From Balanoglossus misakiensis (taxonomy: Eukaryota; Animalia; Hemichordata), in assembly GCA_040954595.2 (NCBI GenBank), contig CM082590.2, forward strand, positions 7,936,001-8,000,000: 64,000 nucleotides of DNA. Direction: 5' to 3'. The notes below the pieces were generated by a model, which was not told the origin of the DNA, did not search any database, and was given only the letters and a program-made list of their open reading frames with translations. A program made the translations under genes and the position numbers. This document shows, piece after piece, positions 57,360-64,000 of the stretch. Numbering within the stretch: position 1 is the stretch's first letter; the number at the start of each line of letters is the position of its first letter.

Positions 57360-60300
57360 GTGACCCGTCCATTGTTTATCAACGTCCACAGTGACACGCC
57401 CCCTCTATTTACCAGTTGCAATACTCACGAAAACTCGCTGTTTAGTTCAGACCGAAGTTGAAAATGTTTGCGAAAATATCACCAATCGATTTGTGTTGAT
57501 GTAAACAAGTTTTTTAACGCAAAAACTGAGATTTGAGCAAACGGCGACGCGTTCTTTCATACTTGTGCGAGTGACCGTGTTTACTTCATTGGCGTCCATT
57601 GATACTGTTGTTGAAAATCCGCGTTTTAAAAATCACTTTCATTCAAAATATTTCTGGTTCCTGACTCTATTTTTTGTGTAAAAGTTAGTTCCAAGCAATA
57701 ATCATTTAGAAAAGTGTATAGACTGAGGGCTAGAGTTATTTGCTATTTCTGTAATCGAAATTTAATGTGCCACTGTTTGCGTGTTGATATCGGCGGCCGA
57801 CTCAGTCTCCATGGGATTACACGCGTCACCGTCGCTGATCACCAGCGCCGATCGCCGATTGAAGTGAAAATTCCACTAGAATCCAATGTTTCCTAAAGAT
57901 TTTAAGTGAATAACTATATAGCCCTGTATGCATAGAGTTCATTTTTACTAAAGTACAAGACCTAGCAACTTCTCAAGAAAAGAAATCGCCGTTTTACCGT
58001 GTGTGTTGTTGGCTGCCCGACTTCGCGTATCTCAACGCTGTCCATTGCATTGCTTAGTCAATAGTGACACGCCCCCTTCATTTCTCAGTGGCAATACTCA
58101 CGAAAACTCGCTGTTTAATTCATACCGAAGTTGTAAATGTCTGTAAAATTATCACCACTCAACTCGCTTTGATCCAAAGAAGACTTTAAAGCAAAAACTG
58201 AGAAAATCGACTGAGATTTGAGCAAACGGCGACGCGTTCTTTACTTGTGCGAGTGACCGTGTTCATTTCATTGGCGTCCATTGATATAGTACTGTTGTTG
58301 AAAATCCGCGTATTTAAAGTCACTTTCACTCAAAATATTTCTGGTTCCTGACTCTATTTTTGTGTGTAAAAGTTAGGTCCATGCAACAATCTTTTAGAAA
58401 AGTGTATAGACTAAAGGCTAGAGTTAGTTGCTATTTCTGTAATCGAAATTTGTGTGTGCCGCTGTTTGCGTGTTGATAGCCGCGGTCGACTCTGTCTCCA
58501 TAGGATTACACGCGTCACCGTCGCTGATCACAAGCGCCGATCGCCGGTTGAAGTGAAATTTCCTGTAGAAACTAGCGTTTTCATAATATTTTTCCTGAAC
58601 TACAATATGGCCCGATATGTAGACACTTCATGTTTCTTAAAGTACAAGACATAGCAACTTCTCAAGAAATGTAATCGCCGTTTTTCTGCATGTGTTGTTG
58701 GTTTCCCGACTTCGCGTATTTCAATGCGCGGTGTCCATTGATTGTTTATCAATGTCCACAGTGACACGCCCCCTTTATTTACCAGTGCCAGTGGCAATAC
58801 TCAAGAAACTCGCTGTTTCATTCAGACTTAAATTGAAAATGTTTGCGAAAATATCACCAATCGATTTGTGTTGATGTAAAGAAATTTTTAAAGCAAAAAC
58901 TGAGAAAATCGACGTAGATTTGAGCAAACGGCGACGCGTTCTTTCATACTTGTGCGAGTGACCGTGTTTATTTCATTGGCGTCCATTGATACTGTTGTTG
59001 AAAATCCGCGTATTTAAAGTCACTTTCACTCAAAATATTTCTGGTTCCTGACTCTATTATTTGTGTCAAAGTTAGGTCCATGCAGTTATCTTTTAGAAAA
59101 GTGTATAGACTAAGGGCTAGAGTTCTTTGCTATTTCTGTAATCGAAATTTAATGTGCCACTATTTACGTGTTGATATCGGCGGCCGACTCTGTCTCCATA
59201 GGATTACACGCGTCACCGTCGTTGATCACCAGCGCCGATCGCCGATTGAAGTGAAATTTCCAGTAGAACCCAATGTTTCCTAAAGATTTTAAGTGAATAA
59301 CTATATAGCCCTGTTTGCATAGAGTTCATTTTTACTAAAGTACAAGACCTAGCAACTTCTCAAGAAAAGAAATCGCCGTTTTTCTGCATGTGTTGTTGGC
59401 TGTCTGACTTCGCGTATCTCAACGCTGTCCATTGCATTGCTTATCGATGTCAACAGTGACACGCCCCCTTCATTTCTCAGTGGCAATACTCGAGAAAACT
59501 CGCTGTTTCATTCAGACCGAAGTTGTAAATGTCTGTAAAATTATCACCACTCAACTCGCTTTGATCCAAAGAAGACTTTAAAGCAAAAACTGAGATAATC
59601 AGGCTACCAAGATTTGAGCAAACGGCGACGCGTTCTTTCATACTTGTGCGAGTGCCCGTGTTTATTGCATTGGCGTCCATGACACTGTTGTTGAAAATCC
59701 GCGTTTTTCAAGTAAAAACGCTTTCGCTCAAAATATTTCCGGTTCCTGACTCTATTTTTCGTGTCAAGATTAGTCCCATGCAAAAATCCTTTTGAAAAAT
59801 GTACAGACTAAGGGCTAGAGTTCTTTGCTATTTCTGTTATCGAAATTTAATGTGCCACTGTTAGCGTGTTGATATCGGCGGCCGACTCTGTCTCCATAGG
59901 ATTACACGCGTCCACCGTCGCTGATCACCAGCGCTGATCGCCGATTGAAGTGAAATTTCCAGTAGAATCTGATGCTTCCTAAAGATTTGTTGTGAATTCA
60001 TATATAGCCCTGTATGTATAGACTTCATTTTCACTTAAGTACAAGACCTAGCAACTTCTCAAGAAATGAAATCGCCGTTTTTTCCGCGTGGGTTATTGGC
60101 TGTCTGACTTCGCGTATCTCAACGCTGTCCATTGCTTATCAACGTCCACAGTGACACGCCCCCTTTATTTACCAGTGGCAATACTCGCGAAAACTCGCTG
60201 TTTCATTCAGACAGAACTTGTAAATGTTTGCGAAAATATCACCATTCGATTTGTTCTGATGTAAAGAAGTATGGTTAGCATAAAAACTGAGAAAATCGAC

Positions 60301-61030
60301 AGAGTACTTCGCCATTTCTGCAAACGAAATTTCATGTGCCACTGTTTACGTGTTGATAGCGGCGGTCGACTCCATAGGATTACACGCGTCGCTGATCACC
60401 AGCGCCGATCGCCGATAGAAGTGAAATTTCGAGTAGAATCCAAAGATTCCCAAAGATTTATTGTGAACTACAATACAGCCCTGTATGTATACGCTTCATT
60501 TCCACTAAAGTACAAGACCTAGCCACTTCGCTAGAAATGTAATCGCCGTTTTTCCGCGTGTGTTGTTGGCTGCCCGACTTCGCGTATCTTAACGCTGTCC
60601 ATTGTTTATCAACGTCCGCGGTGACACGCCCCCCTTTATTTACCAGTGGCAATACTCGCGAAAACTCGCTGTTTAATTCAGACAGAACTTGTAAATGTTT
60701 GCGAAAATATCACCATTTGATTTGTTTTGATGTAAATAAGTATTGTCAGCAAAAAACTGAGAAAATCGACAGAGTACTTCGCCATTTCTGCAAACGAAAT
60801 TTCATGTGCCACTGTTTGCGTGTTGATATCGGCGACTGACTCTGTCTCCATAGGATTACACGCGTCGCTGATCACCAGCGCCGATCGCCGATTGAAGTGA
60901 AATTTTCAGTAGAATCCAAAGATTTATTGTAGACTACATATAGCCCTATGTGTAAACGCTTCATTTCCACTAAAGTACAAGCTCTAGCCACTTCGCCAGA
61001 AATGTAATCGCCGTTTTTCGCGAGTGTTGG
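57360..61030 (+). repeat. Tandem array of ~695-bp and ~477-bp units (copy B)
   Basis: Marker ggattacacg at ~57814, 58503, 59201, 59899, 60376, 60853. Confidence 0.92.
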
Positions 61031-64000
61031 ATGCCTTAGCGTGTTTACTTCCGTGTTGTCAATTTCAGTCGAGGTGATAGTTGGTGCGCATGCGCAGTAC
61101 AGAGACGCACTTAGTGATAGACGCTTTCCCACGTGTGTTGGTTGCCCTATACTTTAGCGTGTTAGTTGGTGCGCATGCGCAGTACATAGACAGGCTTAGT
61201 AGTGAGATGCATTCAAAGTTTTGCCTGAAGTTGTAACTCACTTTAGCTTTGTTATTTCACGTAGTTTTCTGTTTGAGAGGCTTTTATAGAGTTTAAGCCG
61301 GTCTGTTGAAAGCTAACGTGTAGAATACCTGTTATTTTGTGCAGTATTTGTTCATTTTTCGATTTTTTACTGATTTTATTATGATGTGTGACTGTACGTT
61401 ATTTCCTTTATCAGTAAATGAGATTAAATTCTATAAAATGGAATTTCATTGTCACATTGTGCATTTCTTAGCTTGTTGTGTAAACGATGATTTTACTTTT
61501 ACAATCTGAAAAAGAGTACAGTAAACATAGAGTTTGTGTTTTTTTCCAGATTGTAAATTTTAAAGTCTCTTACATTACAAGAGCAATGCTTACGGTATGA
61601 AGAGAGTGAGTGTTTTGTTTGTCTGATTTCAATTTTTTTTATTGTAGATGAAATTTATCAGTAGCCCTTTACACCGTGTGTTCTGTACTTTTACAGCGCA
61701 ACCTTTAATTTTGCAATTTTTCACATTTTCATTGCTTTAGCTGTTAAAATAATGGAAAATTCATTGTTTTAAGCAAACCAGCCAATTCCTTCAAAATTCA
61801 GATATTTTCATCATTACCAAAAACTCCAATTCTTTCAAAATTACAGGTATTTCCATTATTTTTACCAAAAATCAAATTCCGTTAACAATTTTTTTATCAA
61901 AATAGGCATCTCTTTCACAAAAATAGGCATTTCTTACCAAATTTAATGGTTTTTTTTCATCATTTTTCCGAAATAGCTATTTCTTCAACCGAAATAGCCG
62001 TTTTTTCCAAAATTACACGTAATTTTCCTTATTTTCACCAAAAAAGCCATTTCGATCACTAAAATACCCATTTCTTACAAATTAAAGGTCAGTTTTACCA
62101 TTAAAGTTCCGAATTTACATGCCTTTTCCACTATTTTCACCAAAAAAGCCATTTTGATCACTAAAATACCCATTTCTTTCAAATTTAAGGTCATTTCAAC
62201 CATTTTAACAGCTAAAAGCAATGCGAATGATGTAAAAAGTTGTAAAATTACTGGTTGCACTGTAAAAAGTACAGTAAAATGCAGTACACACACACTGATA
62301 AAGGAGCAATTGACAAATTTCATCGATAAAAAAAAAAGTCACCAAAAAAAATTTGAAATCAGCAAAAAAAAGGCGGAAAAAAAATTTTTGGGAAAAATTT
62401 TTGTCTCTCGCCCTTCTCTCTCCTCCTCATCTTGTCTCCCTCCCTCCCTTTCTTCCTACCTGTTGCATGCCCCCCTCCCTGTGTCTCCCCTTGTTGCATG
62501 GCCTCCCCCCTCTATCTATCCCCGGTGTATGATCTCCCCCCCTTTATTTGACCCCTGATGCATGACCCCTCCCCGTGTTTCGACTTACCTGCAAATCTTC
62601 ATCCTGTGTCCAAGTTCCATCCACGTCCAGTCTTCTCCATGTGCACCATGTCCACCTCCAGCGGGTCTTGATCTCGCGTCCTTCCACTTGCTAGTCACTT
62701 ACCTTGACCACTAGGCCACGGAGCTGCATGCAAACATATGCTCGGAACTTCTATATATCGGTTACCTCACTTACTAATAAGTCAGGAATAGGTATTAGAG
62801 CCAATTTTTCGATAAAAAAATGGTTTTTACAGCTTCTAATGCATGGTAGAGTAAAAAAAAGAGCATATTCCTGTTTTAAGAGAGAAAAAAAGGAAAATAA
62901 CTGGATCGAAGTACCAAAGGTAACTATAAGTTGAGACTCGAGAGGGCGCTGTGCTTGGCCTTTGGTTGAAAAAAATCCCACCCTTGCCGGGGCTCGAACC
63001 CGGGATCTGCCGCATAGCAGTCCATGGCCATAACCACTAGGCCACACTAATGTTTGTTTAGGTGACCAAACAACTAGTTTATGAATGCCACAACGTAATT
63101 GTATGTAAACAAGATGGCTCGATCTCGTAAAAGCAAGTACTTTTCGGCTTGCTAAAAGAAGACTGAGCTTGTTCTCGGTTAATACTGTTGGCGGTAACGT
63201 TAATTCAGTAGAAAGATGTTCATAGTTTGTACTTTACTGTCGAAAACACGCATTTTCCTAAGGGCTTTAGCGCGCCTGTGTTTGGGTCAAGTTACACGTC
63301 ACGGAAGGCTAAAGGTCATGCACAGCGCCATCTAGAGACGGTATCTACAACTAGTCAGTCACATGACAGTCGCATGCAAATGTATGTATACGTAATCCAG
63401 TTGCAATGACGTCACGGGGAAAAGGGGGAGGAATGAGACCATGATGAGCTTCTTCCTTAGTCACGTGAGGGGCAGGGGTCATCGACATCAGTCTACTATA
63501 GAAAAAAAAATGAATCCCTGCCGGGAATCGAACTCGGGACCGCACGCACCGTAGCCAATCACTTTAGCCACTACGCTACATAGTTATTTGCTTAATTTGC
63601 ATATAAACTAAGTTATATTCTATAGACTATGCTCTTGGTGGTTATTTTCGGTTCGCTACAGTGAGATCGGGCTTATTAACGACAGTTTACTTCCGTAAGT
63701 TCGATAGAAAGATGCCTGTAGTTTGTACGATACTATAAAAACACTTATTTTTAAGGGCACCAGCGCGGCTGTGTTTGGGCAACGCAACACAGCCTCCGAA
63801 GGTCAAAGGAAGGGGGAGGGAGAGGGAAGCCTCTCCAGAGGGCGTTATGCACGATGTCCATTAAATACCAGACCACAACCGATCTCCAGCCACCATGCCA
63901 GACTTTATTAATTATGAAAGAGTATCGGAAAATAGTGAATTTAACCGGCTTAAGATGGTTTGAATATTAAAACTGCTTGTACCGGCTACTTTATTTGGAA

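Larger units (their letters stand above)
55027..64000 (+). repeat. ~10 kb composite non-coding repeat, copy B (runs off the window end)
   Basis: Direct-orientation homolog of 2174-~11918; e.g. 60920-63350 is nearly identical to 8730-11200. Confidence 0.9.

Overview
AT-rich animal genomic DNA with GT-AG introns; an invertebrate, plausibly a deuterostome such as a hemichordate or echinoderm (inference only). The central gene island (~19.5-52.4 kb) holds: (1) a complete cytosolic aconitase / iron regulatory protein gene (ACO1/IRP1 type, minus strand, 20 constitutive coding exons, 897 aa); (2) SLC25A44, head-to-head with ACO1; (3) two tandem single-coding-exon TRIM-NHL (TRIM2/3-like) genes; (4) a frameshifted C2H2 zinc-finger gene. 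Two direct copies of a ~10 kb non-coding composite repeat bracket the island. Each copy carries internal satellite arrays, tRNA-derived Pol III modules and CTCF-like motifs. Introns contain many MITEs of at least four families. The top finding is a frame-preserving 162-nt candidate cassette exon in ACO1 intron 4. It encodes the hallmark motifs of the IRP2-specific insert (NAPNPGGG ... CPFH) at the position of that insert, in a gene that keeps the IRP1-type Fe-S cysteines and catalytic serine. One locus may therefore make IRP1-like and IRP2-like isoforms by alternative splicing. Both splice sites of this exon are also tandemly amplified into stop-containing decoys. All gene models and motif calls were read by eye; no searches were run.
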